A DNA stretch of 64,000 bases from Ramazzottius varieornatus (taxonomy: Eukaryota > Animalia > Tardigrada): the NCBI GenBank assembly GCA_001949185.1, contig BDGG01000002.1, positions 2,167,826 through 2,231,825 on the forward strand, written 5' to 3'. Below the pieces are notes generated by a model that worked only from the letters and a program-made list of their open reading frames with translations, ran no database searches and had not been told where the DNA came from. This document shows positions 46,861 through 59,189 of the stretch, piece after piece. The translations under genes and the position numbers were made by a program. Numbering within the stretch: position 1 is the stretch's first letter; every line of letters begins with the position of its first letter.

Positions 46861-47881
46861 CTAGGCTCTCTTAGGATACGTTTTCAGGTCGAGGGTGACA
46901 ACAATCTTCTCCGGAACCAAGTCGAACGGCTTCTCGCCCTTGCTGTTTACGTAGTCGTGAGCGTGATCCGTTACCAGACGGTCGCACCCGAAGAAAAGCG
47001 CAAGATTCTGTAACACAAAAACGGCTTTATCAAGTTGTGGACTGCTGATTACGCCGTGGAAGTGTGCGGACAGTGAGCTGATCATGTCGCCTGTTTGGGT
47101 TGTACTTCACCTGGGTATAAGGGTGTGAATTTTCAGACATACAATACTGAAATCCGTGCTCCACAGCCCGCCTGTGTGTTTCTTCCATAAGGCGGTACAT
47201 GACGTAAAGGTTTTCGGACGGTGTCAGGGCGTTAAACGGGATTCCGTACATATACTTGTCCAGCATGGCACCTGAAGAAACCACATGAGAGTCGATGGGT
47301 GCAAACCAGATATTTCCGAACTTCCGGCTGTTTAAACTTTACATACCTCGTTCGAGTTGACTTTCATCCGGTAACTGATCTTTGGCACGATTGCAGAGAT
47401 TGTCCAGGTACTCGTGAATCTGAGTGATAAAAGAATGCTTCGAATTTTGTTGTTCGGGGGATGTATATTCAGGCAAGCTCGGGAAGTCCACGGCGTCGAA
47501 ATTTGTGGCGACGCCCATCAATCTTCCGCTGGAATCCACCAAACCGAAACTGTACGCGTTCTTTTGAAGCCGAGGCCAGAAAGGCCGGAGAGCGATGTGC
47601 CTCATATGTGTAATTTCAACACCAAGGTTTGGGTAGTAGGGGATGAAACAGCCTTTCTTGACAAAGCACTCAGCAATCAGGGACATTGCTGATTCTGTCG
47701 GAATATTTTTGAGGTCCTTGATCGTCAGTGGAAGCGTCTGGGACAACATATCCAGTTTCTTGTAAAGCGGCGTGTCCGGCGTGCAGTTAAGGTACATTGT
47801 GTTCTGGAAATCCGCTACCGTAAGTTGGGGAAGATCGCTGTCTTTAGTTTCGGTGGTGCTCAGCCCAGGAAGGTCCACCAT
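46861..47881 (-). CDS. Stand-alone Ebony C-terminal-domain-like (AANAT/GNAT-fold) protein, copy A; exons 47881-47347, 47271-47111, 47007-46861
   Basis: Motifs GVATNFDA, ENLYVMYRLMEE, GF...ENSHPYTQNL and DYVNSKGEKPF parallel the recalled Ebony C-domain motifs GVALNFDA, ENV..M..MEEE, GF....TNT.PLTQQL and YV..DG..PF. Confidence 0.72.
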
Positions 47882-49317
47882 TGTATCGGGACGACGCTTC
47901 CAGTTTACAGTAATGGACAAAAATAGCAGCTCGAAAGTACAACCGTTACCTATACTATTGACTCGTGCATTTTCAGTTACATTGTATAAAACAGCTTATC
48001 AGCCAAGACATGCTTGTGGTAACTGTTACAGTAAGTGCACCCGATGTCGAGCGAGCGAGCTTGCGTTTTTCGCAGCGCAAGCACCGACATATCGTAATTA
48101 TGGCTCCAGGTGCGTCGAAGGTTGGCAGGAAGTAAAGCTGTCGGCAAGTCGGACTTATCAGTTGGTCTAAACTGCAACGACTCTTGCCAGCAGTTAAACC
48201 GGTTGCGGTGGTACAGTGTACTCGTATGGGTTCCTTTCAGGCTTGTTTCACAAGTGTCAAATTGCTGAATCGATACTTCCGCACCTGCCACAGCGACATT
48301 TACTAATTTTTATGGTTGAATCCCCGTTGTCTGGGCCGTATCACGTCGTTATGTAGCGAGATGGGATCCTGGAGCATGCATGGCAGTCAAAACGAATCTC
48401 TGAGTAATGAGTTGATAGCGTCGACGGTTCGACCTTAATTTATAGGCAGACTTCGTACAGTTTTTTCCAAGTTTTAGCAGTTCGATTGCATGTACGTTGG
48501 TCGTTTCGTACGAGTGTTATACGACGGCGTAGCGCTGCCTGTGCCAGCATTGGCCCAGCAAGAACAGCGCACAGACAACTCGGCGAACAGTTTAGGCAAG
48601 TTGCATTGAGAGAAGAACCCGGAAGAGCTTGCCAGAGTGCTGTGTGGGTCAGCAGTTTGCGGCAGTACGGGGAGCTCTTCCAGGGCATCAGTCCGAACAT
48701 TACGAGCATGTGTCAGCCGGAGCGATCAAACGATCTGATGCGAGCGCTTCTACGTCACCCTACACAGGCATCAGGCGTGTTGATGCTCTTGCTGAACTTC
48801 ACGTTTAAGACAGCCAGTCAGAACTCAAATCAGAAAAATCCGCCTATACCTTAATCCCTCAGGACATGAAAATTTAGATACTGTCCAAAGCCACTCCCGC
48901 TGCGAGAGTGGCTTTGTACCGTCTTTTTTGATCTCAAACCTGTTTCAACGACTCTAACACCAGCCGACAAGAAATGCTGGTTAATTGATTCAGCAAAAAG
49001 CTCAACATGAACATCGTTATGCCGGTACGAAACGGTAAATTCCAATGACACGCGCCCGTGCAAATGCTCTTGATTGTTTCTCAGTGCTCGCAAATATTAT
49101 CCTCCTTTTGTTTGATGGGTTTTTTTGTGGTTAAAAGTGGCCACGGAAGTTTATACAGTGTGAGTAAAGTTTCCAACACCTTGTGTGCTTCCTAATTTTA
49201 TCCGTACAAGCTTTTACAAAGTAAAGATTCCGCATTTTTGGCCCCAGCACAATAAACATGATTTAATGAACGTTTCCATCACCACTTGGAAAAGACGATA
49301 GTCAATGTCATACTGAC

Positions 49318-50494
49318 TTAAAAATATGTCCTAAGGTCCACGGCCACAGTAATCTTCTCCGGAACCAAGTCAAACGACTTCTCGCCCTTGCTGTTTACGA
49401 AGTCATGTGGATGGTCCATTATCAGACGATCACACCCGAAGAAAAGGGCAAGGATCTTCAAAAACAGAAGTTGCGTTGCAGTGCTTCAGAATCCTCACGA
49501 TGCTTTGGTGTTTGTGGGATAAACGTGTTCAAAGTACTACTTGGTCGATATTATAATACCACAGTACCGTACCTCACCTGAGTATAAGGGTGTGAGTTTT
49601 CGGACACACAATGCTGAAAACCGTGCTCCACAGCTCGCCTGTGTGTTTCCTCCACAAGGCGGTACATCACGTATAGGTTCTCAGATGGTGTCAGGACGTT
49701 GAATGGGATCCCGTACATGTACATGTCCAAAAGAACACCTGGAAAGAACAAACAGAGGAAGAGTTGGATCGTCGTACCAAGCGGCGAGCGTTTTTATTGC
49801 TGTTGACCAAAAGCATCCGCTACTTCGGAAAACGATGTCGCCGCTCGTTTTTTCCGTTCATGACTGGATGGAAATGAACTAGGTATTCCGGACTGTTGTT
49901 TAGTGAATGCATAAACCGGAAGCGTGCACTGGAAGTAATTCCTTTGGATATTTGTTTACTCGGGGAACGTCTGTGCACCTGCGCGGGTCGGGCTGGGTTA
50001 GCGCCTCACGTACCTCGTTCGAGTTTATTCTCATCCGGTAACCGATCTTTCACACGCTGACGCAGGCTTCCAAGGTACTCTTGAATCTGAACGATAAAAG
50101 GATGCTTTTGAGACTCGGCAGCATCACTTCGCACGTCCTGGAAATCCACAGCATCGGCATTGGTAGCGACGCCCAGCAATCTTCCACTGGAATCCACTAA
50201 TCCGAAGCTGTACCTCTGAAGCCGAGGCCAGACCCGCCGGATATGCTTCATGTCCGAAAGATCAAAGTTTGGATAGAATGGCATGAAACAACCCTTCTTG
50301 ATAAAGCATTCGGCAACCATCGCCAACGTCGAATCTGTCGGGAGGTCTCTCAGTTCTCTGATCGTTAATGGAAGCTGCTGCGAGAATATGTCTAGCTTGT
50401 TACGAAGAGGCGTATCCGGCGTACAGTTCAGATAAGTATGCTCCCGGAAATCCGCTACCGTCAGTGGCGGAAGGCCGCTGTCAGGGAGAGCCAT
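49318..50494 (-). CDS. Stand-alone Ebony C-terminal-domain-like protein, copy B (3 exons)
   Basis: Tandem paralogue of copy A with identical intron positions; LDMYMYGIPFNVLTPSENLYVMYRLVEETHRRAVEHGFQHCVSENSHPYTQ. Confidence 0.72.
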
Positions 50495-51228
50495 TGTTGT
50501 TCCGGCGATTGTTTTACTTCCTTCTGTGAGAGGCAGTGAAGATAAGTCTGACAAGCATTAACATCTGCAATATCAATAGTTATGCGCGCATCTATTGATA
50601 CTCCCAGTTAGACACAGCTGCTCAGTCAGACAATGCTCGTGCATGGTAAGCGTCCGTATCGTCGGTGTGTAAGGAACCAGCTTACCTATTCATATGAGTG
50701 TGGCATTTGGCTCCAGGTGCGCTAAATGTTGGCAGGGGAAGTAGAGCTTAACCTTATCCGTTAGCAAGATCGTCTGTTTGTTTGACTGACATATCTGTTG
50801 GGTGGAAGACTATTGTCAGCAGGCAGCAGGCGGCTGTGACATGCGTACTCATTTGAAGCCTGTTCCATAGCTATCAAATCGACGGATCAATACTACCTCA
50901 CTAAATTGCCCCAGCGCGGTTTGTGGTACCCTGCTCTGCTGCCGACGCCGCACCAAGCCTGTCGCCTTCTTTGGAAATTAAATCTACACTGACTTCGCGG
51001 TTTGTGCAGCCGACTATCGTCCTTATCGCTATGCCAGGAAAAAGAGATCGATCACTCTGCTCATTAGCTCCCGGAAGTATAGATTACACTCATTATTGTC
51101 AGTCAGTCAAGTTTTGTCTGGATCGACCACTGATACGTACAATGCCTGTTCTTCACCGACTTCGATTTTACTTGTGCGTACAAAATTTGAGCGTATAAAT
51201 CCGTACACGCAGGATGGGAAGTCATAGG

Positions 51229-51819
51229 TAGTGCTGGCAACGATACGGTATACCGATATCGTATCGAAAATATCGATGTGAAGCTCATATCGAATAACGC
51301 AATAAAATATTCGGTGATATCGTATCGCGCCATATCGATATATTTTCGATATATCATTATTTTGCTGAATGGCAAACGCGGCAATTATATGACATTCACT
51401 AAAGACTACAGTTGATTTCAAAGTCTTGATTCCGGTCACGGTATGCCGAGCAGGCGAGCACGCTCCGCCCATTCGGTTTTGGTACTAATTCTATCCAGGT
51501 TTCCATGTATTTGAAGTCTAGGACTCTTGGTACTGCCACGTCTTTGCTGTATCCGACGCTTTCGATCTTACAAATACCTAATGTGGAAATCGGCTTCTTG
51601 GGTTCTTGGCCTTGAACCAAGTGAAATCTGAAAAAACTATAATTGCAAAAATATCGATATATCGTAGCGATATGATACGATATATCGAGAATACGGTATC
51701 GGAAAAATATCACATCGAAATATCGATACCGAACGAACATCGAAGACCGCGATAAAATACCCGCGGATATTTTATCGAAAAATATCGTATCGAATTTTAT
51801 CGTGTTTTTGCCAGCACTA
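51229..51819. mobile_element. hAT-type MITE with ATATCG/CGATA subterminal repeats
   Basis: TIRs TAGTGCTGGCAA / TTGCCAGCACTA; imperfect 8-bp TSD GTCATAGG / ATCATGGG. Confidence 0.8.
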
Positions 51820-51851
51820 ATCATGGGACACTAAGAATTACAGTTACTCGA

Positions 51852-52427
51852 AAATTTATTCGCCACCCCCCTCTTCTGCTAAAATCGTTGTAGCTCCTCA
51901 TCGAGAAGTCAGATTCCCTTCCTTCCAAGTACCTTCGATACCTAGGTCCTTGGTCTTTACACTGACGATATGCCGGCCAACAGCAATCAATAAATCAAGT
52001 CGGAAAAAAATTTCGAAATTTGACCAAAACTGCTTCTCGTTTGAGACTTGATTATCGATTTCAGAAGTGATCAGTGGCCAATCCAAAACAGCCAAAAGAT
52101 GTGGCAAACATTTTAGTTTCTGGTGATATCCTTGGACCTTTCGAGAAACGTCTGTGTGATTTTCGACAGGGTGTCAGGTAAAGGGCGTTTTTGACCGAAT
52201 TTTACGGATCTTGACACGATACTCGACAGTCACTTGTTGTTTCTGCACCAAATCTATTCTCAAGACAATATGGCGGTTTTACAACTACTTTGCAGTAATG
52301 TTGGATTGGATTTGGCAAGTCTGCTGGCTAGACTACAAGTCCAGGCCAGCTTCAACAAAGTTCGAGACGAAAAACGCCCTTTACCTAGCACCCCGTCGAA
52401 AATCCCAGGGGGGTGGCGAATAAATTT
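51852..52427. mobile_element. MITE with 20-bp inverted termini
   Basis: AAATTTATTCGCCACCCCCC (51852-51871) and GGGGGGTGGCGAATAAATTT (52408-52427). Confidence 0.7.
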
Positions 52428-52431
52428 GGTA

Positions 52432-55400
52432 CGAGGTGCGAGGCCTAACTTCGTTGTCGACCTAACTTCGTGGGCAAGCGGCCACTCGGTGGCGCACCAC
52501 TCGGCTAATCTAACACCAGCCAGCTGATCGTGTATGTGAGCAATCCATGCTGGGAGCTAAGTTTCCACGAAGTTTTTACCCGTAGCGATTTTTAGACCGA
52601 TAAGTGTAGAAATCAAGGGTTATTTAACCGTACAAACTGCCGGAGGGCAATGATTTCTACTTGTTATAACCCAACTTTCCGTACCAGCTGGAAGTAATGT
52701 CATATTATGTGACATCGGGAGAGGTAAGTGGCAACGTCAAACGAGGCAGCTAGAACGTTCAAAGTAAGCTCGGAAACCTGTCGAAAGACTCTTGAACAAT
52801 CACACTATTGCTTCTTTGCTCGGCTCTTTCGAGGCACAGGAGACGGTTTTGCTACTGGAGATGCTGCTGCGGTTGTCCTGGAACGTGTTTGCCGACCGAT
52901 AGGATTCGCAGCGGTGGAAGGAGAGACATCGAGCTGTTGGACGATTAACACCGCTGCTTGTTTTGCGTTAAATCTGGCTGCTGAATTTCCTTCTCTGGCT
53001 TTTCTTACTGGTGCTGTGTTGTTTCCGAAATTATTGGACGATACTGCCGGGTCACCCACAGGAGCAGCTTGCGACTCTGACGGTTTTCCAGCGGCTTTTG
53101 CTCCAACGCTTACTTTAGGAATTGCTGGATTACTTTAGGAATTGCTGGAGTTCTATTCCCGGCGGTATCGTTTCTTTTCTTGGTCTTAGCTTCTTTACTT
53201 GCGCGTATCTTATCCGCTTTCAGGCTGATATATCCAGAATGGACCAAAGCCAGGCCGTGAGACGTGTCCAACCGCGAATCTTTCATCATTCGTTTCTTTT
53301 TAGGCGCTGCTTTGAGTAAATGTCCATGAAATTCCCTGGCTATGACGGACGCAGTAGGCTTTCCCGAGTAACCTGCTTGATCTGGAGGATGCAGGTATTC
53401 GTTTTGTCTTCGCTTATGCTCAACTTTTTCTGTAAGATGCGGCGGATCTCTTGGTACTGGGACTCAATTTCTTCTGAGACTTCTTCCGGTCCCGATTCTA
53501 GATTAGAGTCGACTGTATCTCTCAGCAGCTCAGGACTGAACGGGTAGATTCCTGTCTTCTCAAATCCGTCTTTCAGGGGACCAGTAAAGTTAAACGAGTG
53601 AACACAGAAATCGGGCTTCCAAAGCTTGACGATATGAGAGGGAAAATTACGTTTTGTCACCTGGAAAGTGAAAAATAGTGGCCAAAAGTACAACATTCTT
53701 ACTGCCAGAGCCTCGTAAATATCTGTATGTTCTTGCATCCACGGATGTATCAAGCCTGGAGTCCTGAAGGTATTTCGTCAATTTGTTTTTTACCCCGCCG
53801 AACACTTTTCTGTCTAGCGGCTGAAGGAAAGCGGTCTGTCCCGATGGCAAACACATGACTTCGATCTCCTTCTCGCTATTATTCATGCAAGCGGCCAGAA
53901 ACGGAATACAGTTAAGATGAGACGAATGTCCATCGATGAAGAGAACGTTCTGCAACAAAGACGAACAAAACAAACTTTGTGCTGGATATCCGCTCTGCCA
54001 CAAAGACGCTAAGTTTCGCTGAGCTCATAGATTTACCTTGTGAGTCGTTATCGAGGTAGACCATTCTTTCTCTAGATAATCATGCAGCCGAACGGATCCA
54101 TGACTCCGGAGGAGTTCGTGCTCAGGAAAAACTCATCGTTCGTATCAGCAAAATGTGATTCTATGTGCATTTTGCCCTTGTAAAGAATCAACGCCCGAAG
54201 CATCTTTCCGGCAGCATTTCCCAGCGCCAAAAGCGTCATGTTCTCTCTGTCTGTTTCCGAGCCCTTCGCATACGCCGGAACTTCCTGGGCGCCTTTCTGT
54301 GCGTAAACCTTGTCATATATCTGAGCGAGTTGAAAACCTGATTCATCCAAATTCCAGATGCCGTTTGGATCATCCAGAAATCGCCGGTCGCCGAGACTAT
54401 GTAGCTTGGCTATCCAGCCTTCACATCGATTCTTCGTCCATTCTCTGGCTTTTTTGAAGCTTGTCGCGCTAATAACTCGCACCGAGATATCTGAGTGTCG
54501 TCGCAGTAAACCACGGTGCCAGCGGTTGCCGAACTTAGCCTCGTCAATTCCTGAAAAGAAATCCGAAAAGCTTTTAATTCCACAGTCGACTGCATGATAT
54601 GAGTTCGGGAACGAGTACAAGCAGAGAACGCACGGCTTTGCAGAGCGGCGACATCAAAACTAGCTTACCTTTGGCTAGTCCTATGGCTCGCACAATTCCA
54701 GTCAGCTTCCGCTTGTTTAGTGGTGCTCCGACTTTCATACAGCTCAAGAGTATGTCACAGAACTCGAGCTCTTCCTCCTCCGTGAAACTCGTTGGTCGAC
54801 CAATCTTTTTCGTATGATGACCATTCAATCGGTCTCTCAAAGTTGATGGTGGGATTCTGAACTTTTCCGCAGCTTGCTCTCCGTTCATTTCTCTGTTTGC
54901 TACGGCGGCCAGTGCAGCTTCCATCTGCGGATAGCTCCTCGAATATCTTCGCTTCGGCTTTTCCATAATTGCTGCTCGGAATACCAGAAACAGAAACGGG
55001 ATCAAAAAGACAACCCAAACTCGCACAGACAATGTCGCTGGAGGAAAACAGTGAAATTTCGCAATGCTTACGGGTGGGAAATGACAGCATGTTATATGAC
55101 ATGACCTCCAGCTGTACTGAGACATTGGCTTGATGCTTGTAGAACGCAATGCTCTTGACGATTAGGTGTTACGTGACAGAGCCTCGTTTTTAATCAAACT
55201 CGACCCAAGAAATGCTACGGGTAGAAACTTCGTGGAAATTTGACAGCTCACTGCGTTACACATCACGTAATTCATGCCAATCAGCTGACTTTTGAGCAGA
55301 TGTCGCCTGCAGGTTGCCTTTTCCCTAACATCAGAACGGCTTGTTTGACATGACATCGGGTCATCAAAATCTTCCACCGATCTCCACTCTCAATCTTAGT

Positions 55401-55545
55401 TGTCTTCGGTTTAAACTGAAGACCAGTGTTGTGTCCAATTTTAGAAAAAGATCCTGATTTTTCTACCGCACGTGTAGTTTGTAATTCAGGAACAAACATA
55501 GACCACGAAGTTTGATGCAGCAGCGAAGTTAGGCCTCGCACCTCG
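52432..55545 (-). mobile_element. pogo/Tigger-like (Tc1/mariner superfamily) DNA transposon with spliced, frameshifted transposase (ATG 54966)
   Basis: Perfect 22-bp TIRs CGAGGTGCGAGGCCTAACTTCG flanked by TA. psq/CENP-B HTH (AAEKFRIPPSTLRDRL) and DDE_1 motifs IWNLDESG, LFIDGHSSH, LPSGQTAFLQPLD. Confidence 0.9.
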
Positions 55546-55849
55546 TACGCACCTTCTCGCTACGGCGGTACGGAAGCACGTGCTCACGCGACCGATTCAC
55601 AGTAATACACTTTTCCACGGGCGAATTCACTTCGAGGTCCTTTCCGCCTGTCCCATAATTTTTACTGTTGCATAATTTCCCATCGTGCATTTACAGAGTT
55701 TTTATGTTGATTAATCTACCGTCTTCAGCAATGGAACGTCGGACGGAAAGCCATATTCACGACGTTTTCTACCTGTTGAGAGTAAAAAACAGGAGAAAAC
55801 TGTGTCAGGTGACTGTTTTGGTTGAGTATGTTATTAGATCCACGCGGTT

Positions 55850-56309
55850 CAGGGCGGATCACCAGTGTGATAGTAAATCAACCGATTTGATTGCCTACTG
55901 GTTGATTTCATATTGATTGATTCCGCTCAGCTGAGCGCAACCCGTTTTGTTGTACCTGTTCCTTCTTTGCTCTTACCTTCTTCGTTCCGTTACTGAGTAA
56001 TCTCTACACGTGGCCGCTATGGATTCCGTCAATCCGTTGAATGTTCTGGAGGACGACTACAAGCAGTTCTTCCAACTAGACGATCAACCGAGCGAGGCTG
56101 ACAAGCAGCTGAAGACACTGGTCAAAGGTATCATTGCCGTTAACAATACAAAACATTGCAGTGAGATACTCCACCAGCTTCTGTTCTTACTCCAGAGTTG
56201 ATGGATATCAAAATCAACCAAGCTGGAGTGCAGCGAGATCAATCAATATGAAATCAACCAGTAGGCAATCAAATCGGTTGATTTACTATCACACTGGTGA
56301 TCCGCCCTG
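55850..56309. mobile_element. MITE with 72-bp perfect TIRs starting CAGGGCGG
   Basis: 55850-55921 is the exact reverse complement of 56238-56309. Confidence 0.85.
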
Positions 56310-56419
56310 AATTGTGAGGTCACTTCCGGTTCCTGCGGTGTCTTCCAGGATTTTATTCCGCCGATTCAGTCTATCTCAGTGTGTGGAGCAAACTCTCCTC
56401 TATCTTTCTGTCGTATTTG

Positions 56420-57500
56420 TTCGAAGATCAGAGTGGACAGACTGGCGTAAATCCCTTGTCAGTAGCCTGACTACGGGTCTCTTCCATAAGGCGGTACATG
56501 ACGTACACGCACGACGAGGTATTATGGGTCAGTGAAAACTACAGGCCAGGCGGAAAAGACGGCAAACTTACGATTTGTATAGAAGTCAGAAACAAAAATC
56601 GGACAAATGACGTAACGTAGTGAATATCAACCGTAGAAAAATGTTATGGACAGTGACCATCAGCTGTTCAGCTGTCTATTCAAACGCTTTACCGCTGTCG
56701 ACTTTCTCTTGGAGAAGCCCTGCAATAGTGTGAGCTCTTGAAGGTGTGCGTGTGCCGGTAAGATGGAAATCTAACCACTATAACAAATATGACAAGCTTT
56801 AGCTCTTCAGCCCAGAGCCAGCACGTACGTACAGCAGTCCAGCCTTCGATGTTGGTTTTTACTCGTAGCAAGAATCACCTGCCCGTGCCGCCGTAGCGAA
56901 AGGGCCTGGCCCGTTATATCTCGTCGTTCGTGTACAGGTTCTGATAGTGTCACGGTGAGAAGAACCCAATACATGTATGTACAGTACATTTCAAGGACAA
57001 CTCTTACAAGAACTGCGACCGCTCTGTATGCAAACATCAGGCACTGTTTGACCGTATGTATAGACCCCGGAGGACACACTGCGCGATCTACGATCGAGGA
57101 TTCATCTTCTACCCCGTTGGAGTATACCGCCGTTCGGTAGTTGACGTCTGATCCGTTCATGAGGATTCTCAAGGGGTTTGTTGACGTGAGCGATGTAAGG
57201 GTGCTTATTCACAGGTGTTAGCTCGTGTAGACTTTCCACATCCAGAGTATCTATGTAGGTGACGATTCTGGGTAAAATGGCGTGAAAGCTCCTTTGTTAG
57301 TGATGCATGCGACCAAAAAAGATTGCGTCGGTTCAACTGAGAGTTGCTTCATCGGTCTGGCGGTCAATGGGGTTTTCGTGATCTCTGAATAGCGCTCTAG
57401 AATTCTCTATAAGGAAGTGGACCGGGGTACAGTCCAAGTGTGTTTGACCCGTTATGGAAAGTCGGGGAACCCCGACATCACCAACTCCCAGATCCGACAT
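56420..57500 (-). pseudogene. Third, decayed paralogue of the Ebony-CTD-like genes
   Basis: Fragments in shifting frames with stops align to copies A/B: HLDCTP; TPLTARPMKQLSVEPTQSFLVACITNKGAFTPFYP; KHPYIAHVNKPLENPHERIRRQLPNG; VYVMYRLMEETRSQATDKGF. Confidence 0.7.
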
Positions 57501-57768
57501 CTCGAGCTCTGAAGTGGATTCGCTGCTCCTCTTCCAGAGTTTTAATCTGCGCTGTCTAGGATAGAAGGACTAATTTTTAATTGAAGTCTTTAAGTGCAAC
57601 ACTACATGTAGTTGGCAGGACATGACAGACAGCTCCCTCTGATTGATACCTCGAATCTAGCACAAAGCACCTGCTGGCTTCGTGAGGTTTACAGGTTTGT
57701 CTCTTTCAAGTTTGCTTGAAGGTTTCAGGTTTTCGCGTACTGATGGCACATCCAGTTTTACAGTAGTA

Positions 57769-57830
57769 TAGTGATGTTGGCATATATGAATATTGTATCA
57801 AATCAGACGTATTAGATATAATATATATCT
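57769..57830. repeat. Left end of the hAT MITE family seen at 23123
   Basis: TAGTGATGTTGGCATATATGAATATTGTATCAAA is identical to the sequence starting at 23123. Confidence 0.75.
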
Positions 57831-58486
57831 AATTATATAACGTATTCCCACTAGATCGGTACTTTAACATACTATTGCGTTGTGCATGTATCGATGTGGG
57901 TTCCTGCATATGCTAATGATATGCCTGGATGGTCTCGGCCAATATGGAAAATCGCATGCTGTTACTTACCCCTCTGACACCATCGTACCCTGGAAGGCAC
58001 CCTTCTGGACTGCGAACTTCTAACGCCGATGCCCTGACAGTAACGAGCCTCGAAAAGGCGTCTGAATCCAAAGGGAGAGCGCAAACAGCCATGGACGTCG
58101 GAATACTGCCAAACGAAGCGGGCGTACCCGAGCATTTGTTTTTAATCGCCTACCCGAGCATTTGTTTTTAATCGCCTACCCGGCTTTCGCACACATCACT
58201 CCTCTACTGGAGCTCGCGAGAAAGCTGTCCGAACTATCAAACCAAACACTTTTGCCGTTTTCGAGAACCTCATCACCGGCATGCGATCCCGAAAGACGAT
58301 CACCCCGCTCGAAAAGCAACGGTTCCGGTTGACAGGCCTCAAAGACGGTGTATCCCACGATCTGGACGAAGACTTCAGCTCCAAATCTTTAGCGCGGCTG
58401 CTCTACCGACTAGAACCCACGCAACACAGTCTCATGGCTACCATCATTACTCGGCATGAACTGACGTCCTTTTCAACAAACTTTGC

Positions 58487-58655
58487 TATGGTGAGCCGGG
58501 CGAATCAAAAGTCCACAGTACTTTTTCTGCGGGTGCATGCGCNNNNNNNNNNNNNNNNNNNNNNNNNNNNNNNNNNNNNNNNNNNNNNNNNNTTTGACCG
58601 CGCATGCACCCGCGGTAAAAGTACTGTGGACTTTTGAATCGCCCGGCTCACCATA
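58487..58655. repeat. Inverted repeat (foldback/MITE) spanning an assembly gap
   Basis: TATGGTGAGCCGGGCGA.TCAAAAGTCCACAGTACTTTT...GCATGCGC is mirrored on the other side of the N run at 58543-58592. Confidence 0.7.
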
Positions 58656-59189
58656 CCTTGCTGACATCGATGCCGTCATCATTGAATATGTTGTGCTCCT
58701 GCCGCCGTACCGTTGTGTGAAGTACGCAGCCTTCTACAGGGTGATCCCCGTAGGGGGCTGCGGTAGGTTGGAGGTTGGAACGATTTCGAGCGCGAATAAC
58801 AAAATTGCTAATCAACCGATTTGATTGATTTTCAAATCAGCTGATGGGAAATTTTGTGGGCTTTCTTTCTATCGTTTTTGTTTTTTTTCTCATAGTTGGT
58901 CATGCCTTCTCCGATTTATGAAGTCCTCAGAGTCCGTATTTTGGCTCTCAGGAAAATGAATTACAGTTTTATTAATAGCATGACAAGGAAAACTCTGAAG
59001 GAGGGGTATGGCTTGGCAAAATCTACAGTGTCTAGAGTGTGGAAGAGCTTCGGGAGCGAAGCCTGCAGAGAATCACCGGCCAAGACTGAGAAGAAGAATC
59101 CTCAGAGTCCGTATTTTGGCTTTCAACGTATTCGCTTGGTTCTACGCTCAACGTTTCTTCGTCATTCAAGGATCAACGCCAACCTTACC

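Noticed and set aside
48486-49093. ORFs between the two Ebony-CTD-like genes as a missing thiolation/adenylation domain
   Set aside because: No GGxS phosphopantetheine motif or A-domain core motifs recognised on either strand.
51103-51824. Ile/Tyr/Arg/Asp-rich ORFs
   Set aside because: Translation of the ATATCG subterminal repeats of a MITE.
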